Assembly (NCBI RefSeq): GCF_048403405.1
Contig: NZ_CP183129.1
Length of the DNA stretch: 64,000 nt
Direction: 5' to 3' (one strand)
DNA from: Escherichia coli
GTDB lineage: Bacteria; Pseudomonadota; Gammaproteobacteria; Enterobacterales; Enterobacteriaceae
The position numbers and the translations under genes are program-made. The notes beneath the pieces were generated by a model. That model saw only the letters and a list, made by a program, of their open reading frames with translations. It was not told the origin of the DNA and did not search any database. This document shows, piece after piece, positions 50,333 through 64,000 of this stretch (the stretch's first letter is position 1; every line of letters begins with the position of its first letter).

Positions 50333-52133
50333 GTGCAAACCTTTCAAGCCGATCTTGCCATTGTAGGCGCCGGTGGCGCGGGATTACGTGCTGCAATTGC
50401 TGCCGCGCAGGCAAATCCAAATGCAAAAATCGCACTAATCTCAAAAGTATACCCGATGCGTAGCCATACCGTTGCTGCAGAAGGGGGCTCCGCCGCTGTC
50501 GCGCAGGATCATGACAGCTTCGAATATCACTTTCACGATACAGTAGCGGGTGGCGACTGGTTGTGTGAGCAGGATGTCGTGGATTATTTCGTCCACCACT
50601 GCCCAACTGAAATGACCCAACTGGAACTGTGGGGATGCCCATGGAGCCGTCGCCCGGATGGTAGCGTCAACGTACGTCGCTTCGGCGGCATGAAAATCGA
50701 GCGTACCTGGTTCGCCGCCGATAAGACCGGCTTCCATATGCTGCACACGCTGTTCCAGACCTCTCTGCAATTCCCGCAGATCCAGCGTTTTGACGAACAT
50801 TTCGTGCTGGATATTCTGGTTGATGATGGTCATGTTCGCGGCCTGGTAGCAATGAACATGATGGAAGGCACGCTGGTGCAGATCCGTGCTAACGCGGTCG
50901 TTATGGCTACCGGCGGTGCGGGTCGCGTTTATCGTTACAACACCAACGGCGGCATCGTTACCGGTGACGGTATGGGTATGGCGCTAAGCCACGGCGTTCC
51001 GCTGCGTGACATGGAATTCGTTCAGTATCACCCAACCGGTCTGCCAGGTTCCGGTATCCTGATGACAGAAGGCTGCCGCGGTGAAGGTGGTATTCTGGTC
51101 AACAAAAATGGCTACCGTTATCTGCAAGATTACGGCATGGGCCCGGAAACTCCGCTGGGCGAGCCGAAAAACAAATATATGGAACTGGGTCCACGCGACA
51201 AAGTCTCTCAGGCCTTCTGGCACGAATGGCGTAAAGGCAACACCATCTCCACGCCGCGTGGCGATGTGGTTTATCTCGACCTGCGTCACCTCGGCGAGAA
51301 AAAACTGCATGAACGTCTGCCGTTCATCTGCGAACTGGCGAAAGCGTACGTTGGCGTCGATCCGGTTAAAGAACCGATTCCGGTACGTCCGACCGCACAC
51401 TACACCATGGGCGGTATCGAAACCGATCAGAACTGTGAAACCCGCATTAAAGGTCTGTTCGCCGTGGGTGAATGTTCCTCTGTTGGTCTGCACGGTGCAA
51501 ACCGTCTGGGCTCCAACTCCTTGGCGGAACTGGTGGTCTTCGGCCGTCTGGCCGGTGAACAAGCGACAGAGCGTGCAGCAACTGCCGGTAATGGCAACGA
51601 AGCGGCAATTGAAGCGCAGGCAGCTGGCGTTGAACAACGTCTGAAAGATCTGGTTAACCAGGATGGCGGCGAAAACTGGGCGAAGATCCGCGACGAAATG
51701 GGCCTGGCTATGGAAGAAGGTTGCGGTATCTACCGTACGCCGGAACTGATGCAGAAAACCATCGACAAGCTGGCTGAGCTGCAGGAACGCTTCAAGCGCG
51801 TGCGCATCACCGACACCTCCAGCGTGTTCAACACCGACCTGCTCTACACCATTGAACTGGGCCACGGTCTGAACGTTGCTGAATGTATGGCGCACTCCGC
51901 AATGGCACGTAAAGAGTCCCGCGGCGCGCACCAGCGTCTGGACGAAGGTTGCACCGAGCGTGACGACGTCAACTTCCTCAAACACACCCTCGCCTTCCGC
52001 GATGCTGATGGCACAACTCGCCTGGAGTACAGCGACGTGAAGATTACTACGCTGCCGCCAGCTAAACGCGTTTACGGTGGCGAAGCGGATGCAGCCGATA
52101 AGGCGGAAGCAGCCAATAAGAAGGAGAAGGCGA

Positions 52134-52141
<8 letters not shown>
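50333..52141 (+). CDS. frdA: Fumarate reductase flavoprotein subunit
   Basis: ORF 50333..52141 (GTG start after GGAGGAA), 602 aa; FAD-binding GAGGAG motif. Confidence 0.96.
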
Positions 52142-53274
<1,133 letters not shown>

Positions 53275-53284
53275 GGAGCCTGAG

Positions 53285-54840
<1,556 letters not shown>

Positions 54841-54928
54841 AATTTCATCGGGTCCAAATTTTTGGACCTTTTCTCCGCTTTTCCTTGCTGTCATCTACAC
54901 TTAGAAAAAAGCCAGTAAGGAAACATTT

Positions 54929-55462
54929 ATGCGCCTGCTCCCTCTCGTTGCCGCAGCGACAGCTGCATTTCTGGTCGTTGCCTGCAGTTCTCCTACGCCG
55001 CCGCGTGGCGTGACCGTAGTGAATAATTTCGACGCTAAACGCTATCTCGGTACCTGGTATGAGATTGCCCGTTTTGATCACCGTTTTGAACGTGGACTGG
55101 AAAAAGTCACCGCAACATACAGCCTGCGGGATGATGGCGGCCTGAATGTCATTAATAAAGGCTATAACCCTGACAGAGAAATGTGGCAGCAGAGTGAAGG
55201 GAAAGCGTACTTTACCGGCGCACCAACTCGCGCTGCGCTGAAAGTGTCATTCTTTGGTCCTTTCTATGGCGGTTATAACGTTATTGCACTCGATCGGGAA
55301 TACCGCCATGCGCTGGTTTGCGGCCCGGACCGCGACTACCTGTGGATACTCTCCCGCACGCCAACCATTTCTGACGAAGTGAAACAGGAGATGCTGGCAG
55401 TCGCGACCCGGGAAGGGTTTGATGTCAGTAAGTTTATTTGGGTACAGCAGCCCGGTAGTTAG
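54929..55462 (+). CDS. blc: Outer-membrane lipocalin lipoprotein Blc
   Basis: ORF 54929..55462, 177 aa; lipobox VVACSSP; lipocalin fold recognised. Confidence 0.9.
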   Translation: MRLLPLVAAATAAFLVVACSSPTPPRGVTVVNNFDAKRYLGTWYEIARFDHRFERGLEKVTATYSLRDDGGLNVINKGYNPDREMWQQSEGKAYFTGAPTRAALKVSFFGPFYGGYNVIALDREYRHALVCGPDRDYLWILSRTPTISDEVKQEMLAVATREGFDVSKFIWVQQPGS

Positions 55463-55776
55463 TGAGTGCTGAGTTTCAGACCAATAATCCCCAATACGAT
55501 TAACGCCAGACTCGCCAGGCGCATCGGGTTAGCGGACTCGCCGAGCAGCACAATGCCGGTGATGGCCGCGCCGACTGCGCCAATACCCGTCCACACGGCA
55601 TAAGCCGTCCCTACTGGTAACGATTTCATCGCCCAGGCAAGTAGCGCCATACTGACAATCATCGCCGTCACAGTAATAACACTTGGCGTCAAACGACTAA
55701 AGCCGTGGGTATATTTCAGGCCAACGGCCCATACCACTTCCAGCAGACCAGCAATAACTAAGATAATCCAGGACAT
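55459..55776 (-). CDS. sugE: SMR-family guanidinium exporter Gdx (SugE)
   Basis: Track ORF to 55839; ATG at 55776 gives [21 protein letters not shown]..., 105 aa, four TM helices with a conserved Glu in TM1. Confidence 0.9.
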   Translation of the reverse strand: MSWIILVIAGLLEVVWAVGLKYTHGFSRLTPSVITVTAMIVSMALLAWAMKSLPVGTAYAVWTGIGAVGAAITGIVLLGESANPMRLASLALIVLGIIGLKLSTH

Positions 55777-55794
55777 ATCAGGCTCCGGAGAATT

Positions 55795-55840
55795 GGGGCC
55801 GTCCCCGGTGAAAAGAGGCGTTTGCAGGTCGTCCTGCAAA
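55795..55840 (-). ncRNA. Guanidine-II (mini-ykkC) riboswitch in the sugE leader: two hairpins with ACGR loops
   Basis: Minus-strand RNA reads UUUGCAGG-ACGA-CCUGCAAA, then a 14-nt linker, then GGGG-ACGG-CCCC, ending about 18 nt before the GGAG Shine-Dalgarno and AUG of sugE. Confidence 0.65.
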
Positions 55841-55907
55841 GCTGATGGTTGAACGGATATTTTGCCAGGTGGCAGGGGAATTTCAACTATTACCTTTGTG
55901 ACTATCG

Positions 55908-55944
55908 CAAAAAAACAAACGGCACGACATAACTGTCGTACCGT
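55908..55944 (-). terminator. Intrinsic terminator downstream of ecnB
   Basis: On the minus strand: ACGGTACGACA-GTTA-TGTCGTGCCGT followed by UUUGUUUUUUUG. Confidence 0.6.
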
Positions 55945-55950
55945 TATTGC

Positions 55951-56097
55951 TTACTGCTGCGCTTTCGTTGCTGCGCCAGAAATCGCGTTACCGCCATCAG
56001 AAATGTCTTCACCAACGCCACGCGTGGTGTTGCAGGCAGTTAATACTGTTGAAAGCACCAGAACAGAAAAGATCGCTGCAATTGTCTTCTTCACCAT
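55951..56097 (-). CDS. ecnB: Entericidin B small lipoprotein (48 aa)
   Basis: Below the 60-aa track cutoff; manual translation from ATG 56097 gives [48 protein letters not shown] with a lipobox, ending at TAA 55951. Confidence 0.75.
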
Positions 56098-56207
56098 AAC
56101 GTCTTCCTTTTAGGTAATGTTATTTATGTTTGCCTATAGCAAATTAATAATAGACAACATCACCAAAAATGATGGAAATCTGATGATTTTTCGGAAGAGA
56201 AGAAAAA

Positions 56208-56333
56208 TTAGCTGGCAGCGCGGGAGATGGAATTACCGAGATGTTTAATGTCTTCACCAAAACCGCGAGCGGTGTTACAGCCCGTGAGCAGCGCACTGGC
56301 AAGCAAAACAAGAACGATAAGGCGTTTCATCAT
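56208..56333 (-). CDS. ecnA: Entericidin A small lipoprotein (41 aa)
   Basis: Manual translation from ATG 56333 gives MMKRLIVLVLLASALLTGCNTARGFGEDIKHLGNSISRAAS, ending at TAA 56208; paralogous to ecnB. Confidence 0.75.
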   Translation of the reverse strand: MMKRLIVLVLLASALLTGCNTARGFGEDIKHLGNSISRAAS

Positions 56334-56384
56334 CTCTAACCTGAATAAGTGATGGTGCAGCCTGCAGGCCGCACCACAACCGCA

Positions 56385-56951
56385 TTACTTCACGCGAGAG
56401 ACGTATTCACCAGAGCGGGTATCCACTTTGATGACTTCGCCGATTTGTACGAACAGCGGAACTTTAACCACAGCGCCAGTAGACAGGGTAGCCGGTTTGC
56501 CGCCAGTACCTGCGGTATCACCTTTCAGGCCCGGATCGGTATCCACGATTTCCAGTTCAACGAAGTTCGGCGGAGTAACGGAGATCGGCTGACCATTCCA
56601 CAGAGTTACGATACACTCTGCCTGATCCAGCAACCATTTAGCGTTGTCGCCAATTGCTTTTGCATCAGCAGACAGTTGCTCGAAAGTTTCGTTGTTCATG
56701 AAGTGCCAGAACTCACCGTCGTTGTACAGGTAAGTCAGGTTCATATCGACAACATCAGCACCTTCAGCGGAATCAGTAGATTTGAAGGTTTTTTCTACGC
56801 GAGTACCGGTCAGCAGACGACGCAGTTTAACGCGAGCAAATGCCTGGCCTTTACCCGGTTTTACGAATTCACTCGCTTCAACCGCGTAAGGTTCGCCGTC
56901 TAACATGATTTTAAGACCAGCACGAAAATCGTTGCTATAGTACGTTGCCAT
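56385..56951 (-). CDS. efp: Translation elongation factor P
   Basis: ORF 56385..56951, 188 aa, [15 protein letters not shown]... with the modified Lys34 in the KPGKGQA loop. Confidence 0.97.
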
Positions 56952-56992
56952 AAGGCCCTCTGAAATTTGTTAATTGGTAGCTAAGCCACAAA

Positions 56993-58021
56993 ATGGCGCA
57001 TATTGTAACCCTAAATACCCCATCCAGAGAAGATTGGTTAACGCAACTTGCCGATGTTGTGACCGATCCTGATGAACTTCTGCGTCTTTTGAATATAGAC
57101 GCGGACGAAAAACTGTTGGCCGGACGCAGCGCCAAAAAGCTGTTTGCCCTGCGTGTGCCCCGCTCATTTATCGATCGCATGGAGAAAGGCAATCCGAACG
57201 ATCCGCTTTTGCGTCAGGTAATTACCTCGCAAGATGAGTTTGTCGTCGCGCCCGGATTCTCCACCGACCCGCTGGAAGAACAGCACAGCGTAGTGCCAGG
57301 TTTGTTGCATAAATACCACAACCGGGCGCTTTTGCTGGTCAAAGGCGGCTGCGCGGTAAATTGCCGCTATTGCTTCCGTCGCCACTTCCCCTATGCCGAA
57401 AATCAGGGCAACAAGCGTAACTGGCAAACTGCACTTGAGTATGTTGCTGCGCATCCGGAACTGGACGAGATGATTTTCTCCGGCGGCGATCCGCTGATGG
57501 CGAAAGATCACGAGCTGGACTGGTTGCTCACACAACTGGAAGCCATCCCGCATATCAAACGTCTGCGGATTCACAGCCGTCTGCCGATTGTGATCCCGGC
57601 ACGCATCACAGATGCGCTGGTTGAACGCTTTTCACATTCTACGCTGCAAATCTTGCTGGTGAATCACATCAACCATGCCAATGAGATAGATGAAACATTC
57701 CGTCAGGCGATGGCTAAGTTGCGCCGGGTCGGCGTTACTTTGCTCAACCAGAGCGTTCTGTTACGTGGCGTGAACGATAACGCGCAAACGCTGGCAAACC
57801 TGAGTAATGCGTTGTTCGATGCCGGCGTGATGCCGTATTACCTGCATGTGCTCGATAAAGTACAGGGCGCGGCGCATTTTATGGTGAGTGATGACGAAGC
57901 ACGGCAGATTATGCGTGAGTTGCTGACACTGGTGTCGGGATATCTGGTGCCTAAACTGGCGCGAGAAATTGGCGGCGAACCCAGCAAAACGCCGCTGGAT
58001 CTCCAGCTACGCCAGCAGTAA
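56993..58021 (+). CDS. epmB: EF-P beta-lysylation lysine 2,3-aminomutase EpmB
   Basis: ORF 56993..58021, 342 aa, radical-SAM CxxxCxxC (CAVNCRYC) motif; divergent from efp. Confidence 0.9.
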   Translation: MAHIVTLNTPSREDWLTQLADVVTDPDELLRLLNIDADEKLLAGRSAKKLFALRVPRSFIDRMEKGNPNDPLLRQVITSQDEFVVAPGFSTDPLEEQHSVVPGLLHKYHNRALLLVKGGCAVNCRYCFRRHFPYAENQGNKRNWQTALEYVAAHPELDEMIFSGGDPLMAKDHELDWLLTQLEAIPHIKRLRIHSRLPIVIPARITDALVERFSHSTLQILLVNHINHANEIDETFRQAMAKLRRVGVTLLNQSVLLRGVNDNAQTLANLSNALFDAGVMPYYLHVLDKVQGAAHFMVSDDEARQIMRELLTLVSGYLVPKLAREIGGEPSKTPLDLQLRQQ

Positions 58022-58255
58022 CTGATTAAACAGGGAAGTTTAATCTTTACACGTTGCATTACCTTTAATTATTCATATATATTGTTGTTATTACTTTTTA
58101 TATAACCAACACCAATAATTAACCTTTCTTTTCTGTTTATATAGAGTGAGCACGGCTATTTATGTTATTTTAACAACTATTACTACCAAGCCCATTTATC
58201 TGGCTTATAAATTAAAATTAATTATTTAATTGAGAAATGGTTAGGGAGAACCTAC

Positions 58256-59125
58256 ATGGCCATAAGCATCAAGGGTGTTAATACCGGTGTTATTCGCAAG
58301 AGCAATAATTTCATTGCACTGGCGTTGAAAATTAAAGAGCCTCGCAATAAAGAATCGTTGTTCTTTCTGTCTGTCATGGAACTGCGCGACCTTCTGATTG
58401 CGCTGGAAAGCCGTTTGCATCAAAAGCATAAACTGGATGCTGCTGCACGCCTTCAGTATGAGCAAGCTCGCGATAAAGTCATTAAGAAAATGGCAGAAAA
58501 TATCCCAGAAATTCTGGTTGATGAGCTTAAAAATGCCGATATTAATCGTCGGGTTAACACGCTGGAACTTACCGATAATCAGGGTGAAAATCTTACCTTC
58601 GTATTAACGCTACATGACGGTAGCAAATGTGAGTTAGTCATCAATGAATTGCAGATTGAAATGCTGGCGCGAGCAATCATTCATGCAATTAATAATGCGG
58701 AAATGCGTGAACTGGCATTACGTATTACCTCACTGTTAGATTTCCTGCCGTTATACGACGTTGACTGCCAGGACAATGGCAATCTGGAATATGACACCTA
58801 TTCCCAACCGGAATGGAAACATAACTTGTTCAACCATTATCTGGCGGTGCTTTACCGCTTTAAAGATGAAAGTGGCAAAGAACAATTTAGCGGCGCAGTG
58901 GTGAAAACGCGTGAAGCAACGCCGGGTAAAGAAGTGGAGGCGATCACTCGCCGAATGCTTGATTTCAGCCCACGACTGAAAAAACTCGCGGGTGTACCAT
59001 GTCAGGTCTATGTTCGCACCGTAGCGGCAAATAACGCCCAACCGCTAACCCAGGATCAATGCTTACGCGCGCTACATCACTTACGTGTTCAATCCACCAG
59101 CAAAACTGCACCACAGGCGAAATAA
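58256..59125 (+). CDS. yjeJ: Uncharacterized protein YjeJ
   Basis: ORF 58256..59125, 289 aa, AT-rich gene with a very AT-rich upstream region; function unknown. Confidence 0.8.
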   Translation: MAISIKGVNTGVIRKSNNFIALALKIKEPRNKESLFFLSVMELRDLLIALESRLHQKHKLDAAARLQYEQARDKVIKKMAENIPEILVDELKNADINRRVNTLELTDNQGENLTFVLTLHDGSKCELVINELQIEMLARAIIHAINNAEMRELALRITSLLDFLPLYDVDCQDNGNLEYDTYSQPEWKHNLFNHYLAVLYRFKDESGKEQFSGAVVKTREATPGKEVEAITRRMLDFSPRLKKLAGVPCQVYVRTVAANNAQPLTQDQCLRALHHLRVQSTSKTAPQAK

Positions 59126-59174
59126 TCCCATCTGTTTTACTACGAGGCTGGAAGTATCCAGCCTCTGGATCCCA

Positions 59175-59528
59175 TCAGTTCGGGCACTTATATACCTGGC
59201 CGATAATCTGGCTATCCGTCGGGACAAAACTGGACAACATCCCCTGCGACGGGCTGCTGATGCCATAAATCACGTTACCGCCCATTGCAGCCGCCTGGTT
59301 GCGCAGATCGTTTGCTGCGCCGCGCATAGAACCGCCCTCTTCACCGTGTTGCCCGGAAAGCCAGTTGCTTTGCTTACCTGTCGCAGTACCAATCAGCTGG
59401 CACTCTGCGCCTGGCTGCTCGTCCACAATGCGTACACTCTGACCGGCAGCACTCAATTCGTTGCTGGAGCTACAACCCGCCATCAGTAGCGCGGCACCGA
59501 CAATCCCTGCTAAGTATTTTACGTGCAT
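59175..59528 (-). CDS. yjeI: DUF4156 lipoprotein YjeI
   Basis: Track ORF to 59561; ATG at 59528 gives MHVKYLAGIVGAALLMAGCSSS... with a lipobox, 117 aa. Confidence 0.8.
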   Translation of the reverse strand: MHVKYLAGIVGAALLMAGCSSSNELSAAGQSVRIVDEQPGAECQLIGTATGKQSNWLSGQHGEEGGSMRGAANDLRNQAAAMGGNVIYGISSPSQGMLSSFVPTDSQIIGQVYKCPN

Positions 59529-59602
59529 GTTATTCCCCATAATCAATGAGCTGGACGCCACTCGCGTCGTCCGTGTCTGAATCTTATACTAGAAAGATGA
59601 CC

Positions 59603-59638
59603 AAAAGAAAAACCCCCAGACATTTCTGCCCGGGGGTT
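59603..59638 (-). terminator. Intrinsic terminator downstream of groL
   Basis: On the minus strand: CCCCC(GGG)CAG-AAATGT-CTGGGGG bulged hairpin followed by UUUUUCUUUU. Confidence 0.6.
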
Positions 59639-59665
59639 TGTTTATTTCTGCGAGGTGCAGGGCAA

Positions 59666-61324
<1,659 letters not shown>

Positions 61325-61355
61325 TTAAATTCGTATGTTCAGTGTCGTGCGCGGA

Positions 61356-61700
<345 letters not shown>

Positions 61701-61728
61701 TTACGTGGTTTCCCGGCTGGTGACCAGA

Positions 61729-61762
61729 GAAATGGGGATGAGGCTTCGCCCCTTCAAGGGGG
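61729..61762 (-). promoter_or_regulatory. Sigma32 heat-shock promoter of groESL (-35 CCCCCTTGAAGG, -10 CCCCATTTC)
   Basis: Minus strand reads CCCCCTTGAAGGGG-N-CCCCATTTC about 80 nt upstream of the groS ATG. Confidence 0.6.
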
Positions 61763-61923
61763 AAAAGAAAAAAAATCCTGATCAGCACAAAATCGGGTGA
61801 AAACCCTGATTCACCTCACATTTCATCGCAATTTCTTCATCACCGGCATAAGCGAATCTGATTGTGCTACCATCGAAAATCTACGCAGTTGCCCATAATT
61901 TGGGCGCAATCGGACATCAACCC

Positions 61924-63180
61924 ATGAGTGGACTCAAACAAGAACTGGGGCTGGCCCAGGGCATTGGCCTGCTATCGACGTCATTATTAGGCACCGGCGT
62001 GTTTGCCGTTCCTGCGTTAGCTGCACTGGTAGCAGGCAATAACAGCCTGTGGGCGTGGCCCGTTTTGATTATCTTAGTGTTCCCGATTGCGATTGTGTTT
62101 GCGATTCTGGGTCGCCACTATCCCAGCGCAGGCGGCGTCGCGCACTTCGTCGGTATGGCGTTTGGTTCGCGGCTTGAGCGAGTCACCGGCTGGCTGTTTT
62201 TATCAGTCATTCCCGTGGGTTTGCCTGCCGCACTACAAATTGCAGCCGGATTCGGCCAGGCAATGTTTGGCTGGCATAGCTGGCAACTGTTGTTGGCAGA
62301 ACTCGGTACGCTGGCGCTGGTGTGGTATATCGGTACTCGCGGTGCTAGTTCCAGTGCTAATCTACAAACAGTTATTGCCGGACTTATCGTCGCGCTGATT
62401 GTCGCTATCTGGTGGGCGGGCGATATCAAACCTGCGAATATCCCCTTCCCTGCACCTGGTAATATCGAACTTACCGGGTTATTTGCTGCGTTATCAGTGA
62501 TGTTCTGGTGCTTTGTCGGTCTGGAGGCATTTGCCCATCTTGCCTCGGAATTTAAAAATCCAGAGCGTGATTTTCCTCGTGCTTTGATGATTGGTCTGCT
62601 GCTGGCAGGATTAGTCTACTGGGGCTGTACGGTAGTCGTCTTACACTTCGACGCCTATGGTGAACAAATGGCGGCAGCAGCATCGCTTCCAAAAATTGTA
62701 GTGCAACTGTTCGGTGTAGGAGCGTTATGGATTGCCTGCGTGATTGGCTATCTGGCCTGCTTTGCCAGTCTCAACATTTATATACAGAGCTTCGCCCGCC
62801 TGGTCTGGTCGCAGGCGCAACATAATCCTGACCACTACCTGGCACGCCTCTCTTCTCGTCATATCCCGAATAATGCCCTCAATGCGGTGCTCGGCTGCTG
62901 CGTGGTGAGCACGTTGGTGATTCATGCTTTAGGGATCAATCTGGACGCACTTATCATCTATGCCAATGGCATCTTTATTATGATTTATCTGTTATGCATG
63001 CTGGCAGGCTGTAAATTATTGCAAGGTCGTTATCGACTACTGGCGGTGGTTGGCGGGCTGTTATGCGTTCTGTTACTGGCAATGGTCGGCTGGAAAAGTC
63101 TCTATGCGCTGATCATGCTGGCGGGGTTATGGCTGTTTCTGCCAAAACGAAAAACGCCGGAAAATGGCATAACCACATAA
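61924..63180 (+). CDS. yjeH: APC-family amino-acid exporter YjeH
   Basis: Track ORF from 61864; ATG at 61924 gives MSGLKQELGLAQGIGLL..., 418 aa polytopic. Confidence 0.85.
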   Translation: MSGLKQELGLAQGIGLLSTSLLGTGVFAVPALAALVAGNNSLWAWPVLIILVFPIAIVFAILGRHYPSAGGVAHFVGMAFGSRLERVTGWLFLSVIPVGLPAALQIAAGFGQAMFGWHSWQLLLAELGTLALVWYIGTRGASSSANLQTVIAGLIVALIVAIWWAGDIKPANIPFPAPGNIELTGLFAALSVMFWCFVGLEAFAHLASEFKNPERDFPRALMIGLLLAGLVYWGCTVVVLHFDAYGEQMAAAASLPKIVVQLFGVGALWIACVIGYLACFASLNIYIQSFARLVWSQAQHNPDHYLARLSSRHIPNNALNAVLGCCVVSTLVIHALGINLDALIIYANGIFIMIYLLCMLAGCKLLQGRYRLLAVVGGLLCVLLLAMVGWKSLYALIMLAGLWLFLPKRKTPENGITT

Positions 63181-63195
63181 TCCGGCGTTTTGGCA

Positions 63196-63672
63196 TTAAT
63201 CCTGGCGATCGTCTTTATGATCAAGGCGGTCGCGGTCATCATCCTTTCGCTGGTACTCACCATCAAAAGTATTACCGCCACCGGTCCCGGCGCTAAAACC
63301 GCCGCCTGGCATGCGAGAAAAGCGCAAATGCGGCATCAACTTCACTGTCAGATGCTTTTGCACCGGCGGTAATAAAAGCAGAAGACCGAGGAAGTCGGTG
63401 AAAAAGCCCGGTAATAAAAGCAGCAAACCGGCAATGATCAGCGAAACACTTTTAATCATCTCCGCCGCTGGGTTTTCACCTGCCGCCATTTTTTGCTGCA
63501 TCAGCACGAAATTCTTAAAGCCCTGGTTGCGTACCAGTGACATACCGATAACTGACGTGAATATAACCAGCACGAGGGTCAGCAATACCCCCAATACATG
63601 GGCAACCTGAATAAAGATTGAAATCTCAATATAGACATAAAGGAAAATGGCAATAAAAGGTAACCAGCGCAA
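63196..63672 (-). CDS. fxsA: Inner-membrane protein FxsA (suppressor of F-plasmid-mediated phage exclusion)
   Basis: ORF 63196..63672, 158 aa, two N-terminal TM helices and a Gly/Asp-rich tail. Confidence 0.85.
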   Translation of the reverse strand: MRWLPFIAIFLYVYIEISIFIQVAHVLGVLLTLVLVIFTSVIGMSLVRNQGFKNFVLMQQKMAAGENPAAEMIKSVSLIIAGLLLLLPGFFTDFLGLLLLLPPVQKHLTVKLMPHLRFSRMPGGGFSAGTGGGNTFDGEYQRKDDDRDRLDHKDDRQD

Positions 63673-64000
63673 AGGTTTCTCCTGTAATAGCAGCCGGTTA
63701 ACCCCGGCTACCTGAATGGGTTGCGAATCGCGTTCAGCTTATATTGTGGTCATTAGCAAAATTTCAAGATGTTTGCGCAACTATTTTTGGTAGTAATCCC
63801 AAAGCGGTGATCTATTTCACAAATTAATAATTAAGGGGTAAAAACCGGCACTTAAAGTGATCCAGATTACGGTAGAAATCCTCAAGCAGCATATGATCTC
63901 GGGTATTCGGTCGATGCAGGGGATAATCGTCGGTCGAAAAACATTCGAAACCACATATATTCTGTGTGTTTAAAGCAAATCATTGGCAGCTTGAAAAAGA

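Noticed and set aside
59144-59165. Hairpin GAGGCTGGA-AGTA-TCCAGCCTC between convergent yjeJ and yjeI as an intrinsic terminator
   Set aside because: A 9-bp perfect stem is present but no U-tract follows on either strand, so it is not called a terminator and is left as an unassigned structure

Overview
This window reads as an Escherichia coli-type core chromosome segment, running from ytfF to fxsA in reverse orientation relative to the conventional K-12 map. I annotated 70 protein-coding genes, one decayed regulator gene (ytfA-like), and a three-copy tRNA-Gly(GCC) array, plus regulatory sites readable directly from the sequence: the NsrR palindrome at ytfE, the FNR site at frdA, the ampC promoter and attenuator inside frdD, a two-hairpin guanidine-II riboswitch ahead of sugE, the sigma32 groESL promoter, several intrinsic terminators and REP elements. 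Gene order is ytfF-ytfE-cycA-fklB-ytfB-ytfA-yjfZ, rplI-rpsR-priB-rpsF, yjfY, the ula ascorbate operon with ulaG and ulaR, yjfP, bsmA, yjfN, aidB, yjfCMLKJI, rlmB-rnr-nsrR, purA, yjeT, hflCKX-hfq-miaA-mutL-amiB-tsaE-nnr, queG, glyYXV, orn, rsgA-psd-mscM, yjeM, epmA, frdABCD-ampC-blc, sugE, ecnBA, efp, epmB, yjeJ, yjeI, groLS, yjeH, fxsA. No mobile elements, CRISPR arrays, integrases or clearly foreign genes are present. Every ORF of 60 aa or more that I accept maps to a known enterobacterial gene. The best candidate for an under-described system is the six-gene yjfI-yjfJ-yjfK-yjfL-yjfM-yjfC cassette, which pairs a PspA/IM30-like protein with an ATP-grasp ligase and membrane proteins. Secondary leads are a 120-nt unique insert inside the tRNA-Gly array, the compact mscM/yjeM junction, and two AT-rich islets (ytfA/yjfZ and yjeJ/yjeI). 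All gene names and family assignments come from my recollection of the E. coli proteome and from motifs visible in the translations; no database search or alignment was run, and coordinates of start codons were chosen by matching known N-termini and Shine-Dalgarno context.
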